From NCBI GenBank assembly GCA_050253075.1, contig JBFWJS010000003.1:341458-405457 (forward strand): 64,000 bases of DNA. The letters are read 5' to 3'. The notes under the pieces were generated by a model. That model saw only the letters and a program-made list of their open reading frames with translations, had not been told where the DNA came from and did no database searches. This document shows, in pieces, positions 10,138-18,739 of this stretch. Position 1 is the stretch's first letter. Every line of letters starts with the position of its first letter. Source of the DNA: Deferribacterales bacterium. Its GTDB lineage: Bacteria > Chrysiogenota > Deferribacteres > Deferribacterales > Geovibrionaceae. The position numbers and the translations under genes were made by a program.

Positions 10138-10205
10138 TATATGCACTATGCCAGAACATATGGCACAGTGCAGAAAATCTGGAACGATCCTGCCGGAGAA
10201 GATAG

Positions 10206-13196
10206 ATGTCTGAATATAAAACGTCGGAACTGCCGGCGATAGAGCTTTTGCAAAAGATGGGTTATGAATACTTTGACGCTTCAAAGAGCGACCCCAGAGG
10301 CAGCATACACGAGGTTGTGCTGACTGACAGACTGGAGACCGCCATCCGCAGGCTGAACCCCTGGATGGATGACAACGGCATAAACAAGTGCCTGCATAAG
10401 CTGACAAAGGTAACCGCCGACAGCCTGATGAGTGCGAATAATAACATTCATAAGCTGATCACAGCATCTGCCATCTCAGACTTTTCCATACCAGACCCAG
10501 AAACCAAGCATCACAAGACTCCGATCTTCATAGATTTCCAGAATCCTGAGAATAATGACTTCCTCGCCGTGAACCAGATGAAATATTACGGCAGCAAGGT
10601 GAACTCCATACCGGATATAGTGCTGTATGTGAACGGTCTGCCTCTGGCTGTTATCGAGTGCAAATCACCGACCAATAGGAACGCCATTGAGGAATCTGTT
10701 AGCGACCTGATCTATTATCAGGAGAACAGTCCGGAGCTTTTCCATTATAACCAGATATGTGCCGGAATATACGAAGTCGGCGGCAGGTACGGAAGCATAG
10801 GGGCAAAGAGCACGCATTACAGCGAGTTCAAATCTGAGGATAATTCCGAACTGGAAACCCTGACTGGTAAACAGCCGACCAAGCAGGATGTGCTTTTATA
10901 TAACCTTTTCCGCAAAGATAAGTTTCTGGATGTGATCCGTGACTTTGTAATCTATGAGACAGAAGAAGGACGGACTATAAAGAAGCTCCCACGCTATCAG
11001 CAGCTGAGGGCTGTGCATAAAACACTGCATAAACTGCAGACAGACAAAGAGGGCGGCGTTGTCTGGCATACGCAAGGGAGTGGAAAGTCCATCACCATGC
11101 TTTACCTCGCCATTAAGCTGAAGCGTGAAGAGAGCGGATTCGACAACCCGACTATTATCATTCTCACCGATAGGGTTGACCTAGATAAGCAGATATCAGA
11201 CACCTTTAAAAGGTGCAGCCTGCCGAATGTTATCCGTGCAAAGTCTGTCAGAGACCTAAAGGATAAGCTGAAAGACAGCTACGGAAAAACTATCACCACC
11301 ACCATACACAAGTTTGACGAAGAGATGCCGGACGACATTGAGAACGTCCAGCCGCTTTCTGAGGCTGAGAACCTTTTTGTTATGGTGGATGAGGCGCACA
11401 GAAGCCAGTATGGGCTCTTCGCTGCTTATATGAGAAAACTCCTGCCCAATGCTAAATATATCGCCTTTACAGGCACTCCTATAGATAAAGAGACCAAGAG
11501 CACCCTGAACACCTTTTACGGTGGAAAATACATAGATAAATACACTATCAAGCAGTCTGTGGAAGACGGAGCGACACTGCCTATACTTTATGACATAGGC
11601 ATACCTGAGCTGTTTCTGGAAAAGGAGCAGATGAATAAGCGGTTTGATGATTACTTCGGTGATGAATCCGAAGAGAAAAAGAAACTGCTGAAACAGAAAG
11701 CCACAGGAATGGGCAGCCTGCAAAATGCCAGAGAGCGGATCAAGCGTATTGCTGAGCATATCGTCAAACACTATGGGGAAAAGATTTATCCTAGCGGCCA
11801 CAAGGCAATGCTCGTCTGCTACAGCAGGCAGGCGGCTGTCGAATATAAGAAAGCACTGGATGATGTTGTGGGCAATACTTTTGAGAGCAGAGTCATCCTC
11901 AGTCAGAACACTAAGAAAGATCCGCAGGAGTTCTCAAACTATATTACTCCTGAAAATGACGTTGATAAGGTTATAACTGAATATAAGCTCCCTTTTGGTG
12001 ACGAATCAGAGGTTCGCAAGGACGGCAAAAAGCAGTATAGCAATATCGCATTCCTGATTGTCTGTGACATGCTCCTGACGGGTTATGATGCCCCCATTGC
12101 TCAGGTGATGTATCTTGACAAGCCTATAAAGGAGCATAGCCTCCTGCAGGCTATTGCTAGAGTGAACCGGACGAGAGCCGGAAAGGCGTATGGTCTGATA
12201 GTTGACTTCTGTGGTATTACGCAGTTTCTGGTTGAGGCTCTTGATGCCTTTAGTGGGGACCTCGAGCCATCAGACGTTATGACAGACCTGAATGCCGAAA
12301 AGCCAAAGCTGGACGCTAACCATAATAAGCTGGTGAAGTTTTTTAAAACCGTCAAGGTTGACCCACGAAGCGATAGAGAGGGTTATATTAATGCCTGCGT
12401 GCAGATGCTGGAACCGGAGGATATTCGGGATGAGTTCAAGGTTCTGCTGAAGGCTTTTAACAGGTCTATGGATATAGTCCTGCCTGATGATTATGCGGCA
12501 CAGTATGGATATGACTTTAAGCTGTATAACGACATACGTAATAAGGCAGCGAACACCTATGTAGATAATTCCCTGCATCTCTCCAGCGAGGACTATAAGA
12601 AGCTGAAAAAGCTTATGGATGAGCATCTGCGGGCAAGCGGTGTCTCACATCTGCTGGATGAGCCTGTCGCTATTACCGACCGCAAAAAGTTTCAGGAAGA
12701 GCTGAGTAAGGTCAGCGACCTGAAGACCAGAGCCCTCACCATTGAAAACAGAATAAAGCATAAAATTACGGTAGAGATAGATAAGAACCCTGAGTTTTAT
12801 AAACCGATAGCCGAACTGCTTCAGGAGTTGATAGAGAAGCGGAAAGCAGGAATTATGTCTGTTGCAGATTTGCTGGAAGAGTATGAGAAGATGATGGAAA
12901 GAATTTCTAAGCATGGCAACGGAGGCTTTGAGACTGAGCAAGAGTTTGCGGTCTTTAAAACGCTTGAGAAGCACGTTAACGGTAGAGCTGCGGGGCTTAC
13001 ACCAGAGCTGTTAAAAATTGCTTACGAACAGATTACAGACAGCACAGGCAAAGTTATTTCTGACTGGCATACCAAAGAATATGAAATGAAAGAGATGCGC
13101 AATGCCATCAAGATGAGGATGAAGGACGAACTTGGTATGAAAGCGGCGGCCACACTTGCGCAGGATGTTGTCGAGATACTCAGGAAAAACGCATGA
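10206..13196 (+). CDS. hsdR: Type I R-M restriction subunit R
   Basis: PDIVLYVNGLPLAVIECK nuclease motif, WHTQGSGKS, DEAHRSQY, FTGTP, MLLTGYDAP, QAIARVNR. Confidence 0.97.
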   Translation: MSEYKTSELPAIELLQKMGYEYFDASKSDPRGSIHEVVLTDRLETAIRRLNPWMDDNGINKCLHKLTKVTADSLMSANNNIHKLITASAISDFSIPDPETKHHKTPIFIDFQNPENNDFLAVNQMKYYGSKVNSIPDIVLYVNGLPLAVIECKSPTNRNAIEESVSDLIYYQENSPELFHYNQICAGIYEVGGRYGSIGAKSTHYSEFKSEDNSELETLTGKQPTKQDVLLYNLFRKDKFLDVIRDFVIYETEEGRTIKKLPRYQQLRAVHKTLHKLQTDKEGGVVWHTQGSGKSITMLYLAIKLKREESGFDNPTIIILTDRVDLDKQISDTFKRCSLPNVIRAKSVRDLKDKLKDSYGKTITTTIHKFDEEMPDDIENVQPLSEAENLFVMVDEAHRSQYGLFAAYMRKLLPNAKYIAFTGTPIDKETKSTLNTFYGGKYIDKYTIKQSVEDGATLPILYDIGIPELFLEKEQMNKRFDDYFGDESEEKKKLLKQKATGMGSLQNARERIKRIAEHIVKHYGEKIYPSGHKAMLVCYSRQAAVEYKKALDDVVGNTFESRVILSQNTKKDPQEFSNYITPENDVDKVITEYKLPFGDESEVRKDGKKQYSNIAFLIVCDMLLTGYDAPIAQVMYLDKPIKEHSLLQAIARVNRTRAGKAYGLIVDFCGITQFLVEALDAFSGDLEPSDVMTDLNAEKPKLDANHNKLVKFFKTVKVDPRSDREGYINACVQMLEPEDIRDEFKVLLKAFNRSMDIVLPDDYAAQYGYDFKLYNDIRNKAANTYVDNSLHLSSEDYKKLKKLMDEHLRASGVSHLLDEPVAITDRKKFQEELSKVSDLKTRALTIENRIKHKITVEIDKNPEFYKPIAELLQELIEKRKAGIMSVADLLEEYEKMMERISKHGNGGFETEQEFAVFKTLEKHVNGRAAGLTPELLKIAYEQITDSTGKVISDWHTKEYEMKEMRNAIKMRMKDELGMKAAATLAQDVVEILRKNA

Positions 13197-13891
13197 TGAT
13201 CAAATACGGGAACTCCGAAATAGAGTTCACCCATATCATAAAACCAAAGTTGAAAAGGATGTATATCAGTGTCGATTCTAAAAACGGCGTAGTGGTGAAA
13301 ACGCCGGATGTGCCGGAGTCGAAAGTTATAGAACTGGTGCATAAAAAAGCCGGCTGGATTCTTAAGAAGAAGGCTTTGGTTCAGGAGAGCCTCACCGATT
13401 TCGAGTTTGAGACTGGTTCCAGACTACCGTATCTCGGCAAAAGATATTATCTGAAGCTGGAAGAAGACAAGACTGCCGGAGTCGGCAAAGCATATCTGAC
13501 ATTCAATCATTCAAAGTTTACCCTGCGGTATAACCCTTACCTGATGAAAGAAGAATATATGCATAAGGCCCTGGATGAGTTTTATAGGGAGAAGGCGAAG
13601 GAGCGTATTACCTCTTTGGCTAGCCAGTGGGCTAAGGTAATGGGGCTCGTCTACACAAAGATCACCTTTAAGAAGGTTGCTAAAAGGTGGGGGAGCTGCT
13701 CATCCAGGGGGAACATCATGTTCAACTATGAGGCCATCAAGCTGCCGATAGATTGTGTCGAGTATATTGTGGTTCACGAAATCGCCCATCTGAAGCACCA
13801 TGATCACAGCAAAGAATTTTGGAAGCTTGTTGAAAAGTACCTGCCAAACTATAAAGACCAGCACGATAAAATGCGTGGCTTTGGCCTCTAA
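13193..13891 (+). CDS. YgjP/DUF45 (SprT-like) zinc metallohydrolase
   Basis: RWGSCS and YIVVHEIAHL.H.DHS..FW motifs; typical position after hsdR. Confidence 0.9.
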   Translation: MMIKYGNSEIEFTHIIKPKLKRMYISVDSKNGVVVKTPDVPESKVIELVHKKAGWILKKKALVQESLTDFEFETGSRLPYLGKRYYLKLEEDKTAGVGKAYLTFNHSKFTLRYNPYLMKEEYMHKALDEFYREKAKERITSLASQWAKVMGLVYTKITFKKVAKRWGSCSSRGNIMFNYEAIKLPIDCVEYIVVHEIAHLKHHDHSKEFWKLVEKYLPNYKDQHDKMRGFGL

Positions 13892-14434
13892 AACTAACAA
13901 AAGGTCTAATAGCTATATTTTAGAGAATAGGTCTTCAAATAAATCAGATTAAACTAATTCATAAATAACAACTAAAACGACCGTTTTAAGTTGTAGTAAT
14001 GATAAAAATGTAGTAAAAATTTAACATATGCTATTTACCCTTTTAAGGGTTTGAAAGAAGTATGTGATATTCACATTATGCATTAGTTACCCCTTCAGGG
14101 GCGAGGCCTGCCATTTTACTTGGTGGGCCTTTTATATTTAAAATTTAAATCATAGCTTATTTTGCTTTGTTAACTTATTATGTCATGTTTTACAATTAAT
14201 TAGCTCTAATTATTCTGTATGGGTTCATTGTTGCGCATCTTTGAAAAAAATATTTAATAGCGTGAAATTCAAAAAGTAACCTTTTATCAATAATCTATAA
14301 AGTTATGCCTAAGTATGTGGCGGTGGTAGAAATCCTCTTATTTAACAAGTAATTATGCGTTGACAATAGGGTTAAGGGAAGCTAGGTTTTAGAAAATGAG
14401 ATTGAGATAAAATGAATGATTCAAGGAGTCTTTG

Positions 14435-15115
14435 ATGGCGAGACCTAGGCGAACAAATGCCGATTTTTTTGGTCATGATGCTCATATGCGAAATAATAGA
14501 AAAGTGAAAGCTTTGCGATCGAAACATGGCATTGAAGGCTATGGGGTCTACATAATGTTTTTAGAGAGCCTAACTAGTTCTGATCATTATCGTATTCTTA
14601 TAGATGATGGAGAGCTTGAGCTCATTGCTGGAGATTTTGATGTGCCATCATCAAGATTAAAAGAGTTAATAGATTATATGATTTTTTTGAAGTTGCTTCA
14701 AAAGGATGGGCAGCTAATTTATTCAGATGATCTTTTGAAAATATTAGAGCCTCTTTTTGAGAAACGCAGAAGGGATTTGGATTATCGACGTCGAAAAACT
14801 GACGATTCAGCAGATATCGATGACGAAAATACACAAAGGAAAGAAGAGAATAGTAAAGCAAATAAAAGAAAAGAAGAGATTGACGACGTGATTTCGTCTG
14901 ATGATTTATTGATGTATATCGTTATGGACTCTAGTGAGACTTCATATGTTAACAAGCAAGAACTTGTTAACGTTATAAACGAATTAAGAGAAAATGGGAT
15001 ATGTGATGATGAAATATTTACTTTTGTCAAAACTAAAACTCCTAAAACATTAACAACAAAGAATCTATTCTTAAATGACTGGCATAAAGAGGTGCAACAT
15101 GCAAAAACGAAATAA
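14435..15115 (+). CDS. Phage-type replication initiator-like protein (DUF4373 / Lin1244-like N-terminus)
   Basis: FGHDAHMRNNRKVKALRSKHGIEGYGVYIMFLE resembles this family; central low-complexity KRKEE linker; RBS AAGGAG. Confidence 0.6.
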   Translation: MARPRRTNADFFGHDAHMRNNRKVKALRSKHGIEGYGVYIMFLESLTSSDHYRILIDDGELELIAGDFDVPSSRLKELIDYMIFLKLLQKDGQLIYSDDLLKILEPLFEKRRRDLDYRRRKTDDSADIDDENTQRKEENSKANKRKEEIDDVISSDDLLMYIVMDSSETSYVNKQELVNVINELRENGICDDEIFTFVKTKTPKTLTTKNLFLNDWHKEVQHAKTK

Positions 15116-15317
15116 TATTATTGTTGATGAAGAACTTTTGACTTATGAGGAAATGTCATTAATTCTGAAAGTTTCCCCAAAAACTCTCATGAATTGGAAG
15201 TGTCAGGGACTTTTTTGCCCAGGCAAAGATTTTATAAAAATGGGATCATCGAAGCGTTCAGCTATACGTTTTAAAAAGTCTGCCATCATGTCAAAGATTA
15301 AGAACAACTCCCTGTGA
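15099..15317 (+). CDS. Excisionase-like HTH protein
   Basis: LLTYEEMSLILKVSPKTLMNW (HTH_17/AlpA-like); small, basic and directly upstream of the integrase. Confidence 0.75.
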   Translation: MQKRNNIIVDEELLTYEEMSLILKVSPKTLMNWKCQGLFCPGKDFIKMGSSKRSAIRFKKSAIMSKIKNNSL

Positions 15318-15350
15318 TTTTGAGATATAATCACAGATAAGGAGGTGTAA

Positions 15351-16586
15351 ATGGCACAAGTTAAAACGAAAACTGTGCGAGTACGAAAAGACAAGAACAG
15401 GCTGTTGCTAGACTTCTATTACCGGGACGTAAGGTGCCGAGAGTATTTGTCAGTGACTGCCAACAAAGAAGGCAGAAGGTATGCAGAAAGGCAGGCAAAG
15501 TTGCTGGAACAGCAGATTTTAGACGGTGACTTTGAATACGCCGCATGGTTTCCGAATTCTAAGAAGTGCAGATTGTTCAACTCCGTGGCTGATAAAGCCA
15601 ACAAGACCTTTGCGGAGGTTGCGGATGAGTGGAGAGAGCAAGTTGAGCGTTTACACAAAGCAGGGGAGCTTAAGCGGACAACTCTCAGGAACTATATGAA
15701 CTCTCTGAAGTCTATTAATCAGTATTTTGCAAATTACGAGATGCAGAATATCACAAAATCTTTGGTGGATGATTATAAGTTTGAGTTGTTAGATAAGCCT
15801 TTGAGCAAAAAGAGCATCAACAACAAGCTCACCCCCTTAAGGCGTATCTTTGATTATGCCTATGAGCAGGGCTATATTGAGCATAATGTCATGGACAGGG
15901 TTAAAAACTTCACTCTGGAACTGCCGGAGATCGAGCCGTTCAACCAGTTAGAGGTTCAGGCTATCCTTAATCATCTTCAGAAGAACAATCCTAAGTTTCA
16001 TGCAATGTTCACGATCTTGTTCCATACGGGAATGCGAATCGGTGAAGTGTTGGCGATGAAATGGAAAAACTTTGATGAGATGTTCTGTTCTTACCACGTC
16101 AAAGAACACTTCACAGAGAAGCGTTTGGATACTCCTAAGACTAAAGCGTCTAAAAGGATAGTTCCACTCACTGACGAGGCAATGAACGCTCTCAGAAACC
16201 ACAAGCAGTATACCTTTATGAAGTCTGACTTCATCTTTTGCAACCAGTACGGTGATCCGTGGGTATCATCTGACAATATCATGAAGCAAGTATGGGAACC
16301 TATGCTGAAGAAGCTGGGCATTGCTTACCGCATCATTTACCAATGCAGACACACCCACGCAAGTCTGTCTATTCTGGCTGGCGATAACCTCGCACATATC
16401 GCTGAAAGGATGGGACACAAGAACGTCGGGACACTGATAACCCGATACGCAAAATACGTTAAATCAGTACAATTTCAACAGCCGAAAATCGGCTCATTCC
16501 TCTCAAATTCGGGGCATGATTTACAGTCTGGCGGGCACAATCTGTCAGAATACTGTCAGAATCAAGAAAGCCCCATCACTAACTAA
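15351..16586 (+). CDS. int: Tyrosine integrase with N-terminal arm-binding domain
   Basis: LDFYYRDVRCRE arm domain, HTGMRIGE, PKT, YQCRHTHAS and MGH...RY catalytic motifs. Confidence 0.95.
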   Translation: MAQVKTKTVRVRKDKNRLLLDFYYRDVRCREYLSVTANKEGRRYAERQAKLLEQQILDGDFEYAAWFPNSKKCRLFNSVADKANKTFAEVADEWREQVERLHKAGELKRTTLRNYMNSLKSINQYFANYEMQNITKSLVDDYKFELLDKPLSKKSINNKLTPLRRIFDYAYEQGYIEHNVMDRVKNFTLELPEIEPFNQLEVQAILNHLQKNNPKFHAMFTILFHTGMRIGEVLAMKWKNFDEMFCSYHVKEHFTEKRLDTPKTKASKRIVPLTDEAMNALRNHKQYTFMKSDFIFCNQYGDPWVSSDNIMKQVWEPMLKKLGIAYRIIYQCRHTHASLSILAGDNLAHIAERMGHKNVGTLITRYAKYVKSVQFQQPKIGSFLSNSGHDLQSGGHNLSEYCQNQESPITN

Positions 16587-16609
16587 TTAGTAATAGGGCT
16601 CTTTTAGAG

Positions 16610-16694
16610 TGCCGAGAGGGGGACTCGAACCCCCACACTGTTATCCAGCACATGAACCTGAATCATGCGTGTCTACCAATTCCACCACCTCGGC
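16610..16694 (-). tRNA. tRNA-Leu(CAG), CCA not encoded
   Basis: Reverse complement reads GCCGAGGTGGTGGAATTGGTAGACACGCATGATTCAGGTTCATG...GGGGGTTCGAGTCCCCCTCTCGGCA; anticodon CAG; long variable arm. Confidence 0.95.
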
Positions 16695-16786
16695 AATACC
16701 GTTAAAATGTGGTAAAGGGGTTTATACAGCTATAAGAATGATATGTCAAGAAAGATATATGATTTCGGATGTGAGAATTGCGGGGT

Positions 16787-17641
16787 TTAGTCCAAAGTTT
16801 TGAGCAGTGAGTGCCAGTCGAAATTTATCTTATGAAAACTTGTGATACTGCAGTCTTTTATCCTGTTTGGAGATATCCCGCCTGAGCTGGTGGAAAGCAG
16901 CACGGATGCTATTTTTTCCTTTGTTTCTTTCGGCAGGCTGCCTCTGACCATCATAAAAAGTCCGGGGACGCTTTGTGTTTCGTAAATGATTTTGAGCTCT
17001 TCTTTTTCAAAGTTTGGCACAGTGTTAGGGTCGCCCCAGCTGGATGAGCATATTGCCGCGGCATCTGTCTTTTTCAGGTAGACCTGGCTGACGGACTTTG
17101 CCTTATCTTTTGTAACTGTGTAGCCAATGGTATTTTTCTCGACATTGCTTTCGGGCGAGTCGATCTTTGTCATCTTTATGCCTGTTTTGGCGAAAGAACT
17201 TTTTATAAGGTGATAGGTACTTGTGGCATTTTCGTTTGGTATGGATATGGTCTTTCCGTTCAGGTCTTTAAGTGATGAGATTTCGGAATCCTTCCTTACC
17301 AGAATGATGCCTTTGACAAAGACGCTGCCGTTCCTGCTGATCAACAGGAGCGGCTGCATGTCTGTATGTTTTTCGGCGTATGCCGCCGTGTGTATTGATT
17401 CGATCACGATATCGACATTTTCTCTATCTATCATTCTGACAAAGTTATCGATGTCTTCCGTCGGTTCGGTAATTATCTCGTAAGAGTCAAATTCGGGCAT
17501 TTCGCTGATGATGAGCTCGGCGATACGTTTAAGGTTTTGCATCCCCTGAAGGCGATCTTCCACCAGCTTGCCTATTTTGAGCGGTCTGGCGTATGCGCTG
17601 AAGCTCAGTAATATCGTCAGTAAAACAACCGCAAGGCGCAT
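16787..17641 (-). CDS. Phosphonate/phosphate-type periplasmic binding protein (PhnD-like fold)
   Basis: Signal peptide; ILVRKDS.I.SLKDLNGK and STY motifs. Confidence 0.7.
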   Translation of the reverse strand: MRLAVVLLTILLSFSAYARPLKIGKLVEDRLQGMQNLKRIAELIISEMPEFDSYEIITEPTEDIDNFVRMIDRENVDIVIESIHTAAYAEKHTDMQPLLLISRNGSVFVKGIILVRKDSEISSLKDLNGKTISIPNENATSTYHLIKSSFAKTGIKMTKIDSPESNVEKNTIGYTVTKDKAKSVSQVYLKKTDAAAICSSSWGDPNTVPNFEKEELKIIYETQSVPGLFMMVRGSLPKETKEKIASVLLSTSSGGISPNRIKDCSITSFHKINFDWHSLLKTLD

Positions 17642-17644
17642 CGA

Positions 17645-18064
17645 TTATTCGCCGGCGAGCCCGAGCCTGAGGTATTCTTTGAATATGCATTTATCCTGAA
17701 CATAAGGGATGCCTGTAACATTTGCTATCTGCGCACCCTCGATGGATTCAACGCCTTCCTGCAGCCAGATGAGCTTCGCATTCTTACCTGCTGCTGCTCT
17801 GACGATCTCTGCTGCAAATGCACTCTGTCTGAAAACGTCCACTATGTCCGGATCGAATGGAATGTCCTCTACGGAGTCGTATGTCGGCACACCGAGAACC
17901 TCTTTTTCGATAGGATTCACGGGTGTAACGTCGTATCCGTTCTTCATAAGGAACTTCATGATGCCGTTGCTGGCTCTTTCAGGTTTATTAGAAGCGCCGA
18001 CTATAACAACAGTCTTCGCGTTTTTTAAAAGTTCTTTCAGTTTCTCGTCGCTTAAATTTTGCAT
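17645..18064 (-). CDS. CoA-binding protein (YccU-like)
   Basis: VGASNKPERAS, PVNP, VDVFR, WLQEG and DKC motifs. Confidence 0.9.
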   Translation of the reverse strand: MQNLSDEKLKELLKNAKTVVIVGASNKPERASNGIMKFLMKNGYDVTPVNPIEKEVLGVPTYDSVEDIPFDPDIVDVFRQSAFAAEIVRAAAGKNAKLIWLQEGVESIEGAQIANVTGIPYVQDKCIFKEYLRLGLAGE

Positions 18065-18109
18065 TGAATTCCTCCGTATTTGTCGCATATATTATAGCAG
18101 GAGCGTGAA

Positions 18110-18739
18110 ATGATAGATGGTTTAAACAACAGCGCTAACGCCATAAATGTTTATAATACTTCACTTGCCGTTACTGCTAATAATATTGCCAATATAAACA
18201 CACCTTACTACAAAAGCAATACCCTACAGCTCCATGATCTGAAACAGGGCGGTGTGGCTATATCCTCCATCAGGCAGAACCAGTCGCTCTCATACACCAT
18301 CCAGTCCGGTCGAAACCTCGACTTTGTAATAGAAGGAAAGGGTAACTTTAAGCTGAATGACAACGGTACGGCATATTTCACAAGGAACGGGTCTTTCTAT
18401 CTGGACGGGCAGGGCGACATTGTCGACAGTAAGGGGAGAACCCTTTTGGAAGATGTTGTCCAGCCGGGCGAGACCATCGAGGATTTCTCCATATCCGACA
18501 ACGGTGAGATAACCGTAAACGAGCAGTACAGAGGCACCATAGAGATATACGACAGCTACGGTAATAAGATGCCTGAGGATCTTTATGCTCTGAAGAGCGG
18601 TCAGCTCGAGGTTTCAGATGTGGATTATGCCAGAGAGGTCGTTAATATGATGGTGACACAGCACGCCACAAGCGCAAATGTCGCAACAGTCAGAACCTAT
18701 GACGAAATGCTGGGGCTTATTGTGAATCTTGTTGCCTGA
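18110..18739 (+). CDS. Flagellar rod/hook family protein (short FlgG/FlgE-like)
   Basis: ANNIANINT, LDFVIEGKG.F, FTRNGSF and LEVSDVD..E motifs. Confidence 0.8.
   Translation: MIDGLNNSANAINVYNTSLAVTANNIANINTPYYKSNTLQLHDLKQGGVAISSIRQNQSLSYTIQSGRNLDFVIEGKGNFKLNDNGTAYFTRNGSFYLDGQGDIVDSKGRTLLEDVVQPGETIEDFSISDNGEITVNEQYRGTIEIYDSYGNKMPEDLYALKSGQLEVSDVDYAREVVNMMVTQHATSANVATVRTYDEMLGLIVNLVA

Larger units (their letters stand above)
1..16609. mobile_element. Integrative genomic (defence) island inserted at the 3' end of tRNA-Leu; far boundary outside the window
   Basis: A tyrosine integrase ends next to the tRNA 3' end, with xis-like and rep-like genes upstream. R-M and defence cargo and AT-rich segments fill the island, and housekeeping genes resume beyond the tRNA. 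Confidence 0.8.

Noticed and set aside
13900..14430. Hidden gene or ncRNA in the AT-rich gap (hairpins at about 14036-14050 and 14090-14132)
   Set aside because: No ORF of 60 aa or more and no recognisable RNA family; the hairpins may be a terminator or promoter elements.
1..16600. Second att copy (tRNA-Leu 3' duplicate)
   Set aside because: Not found by eye in the window; it probably lies to the left of position 1.
16609..16803. 64-aa ORF MPRGGLEPP...
   Set aside because: It is the antisense reading of tRNA-Leu.
18050..18100. Sigma28 promoter for the flagellar paralog
   Set aside because: The match to TAAA-N15-GCCGATAA is too poor.
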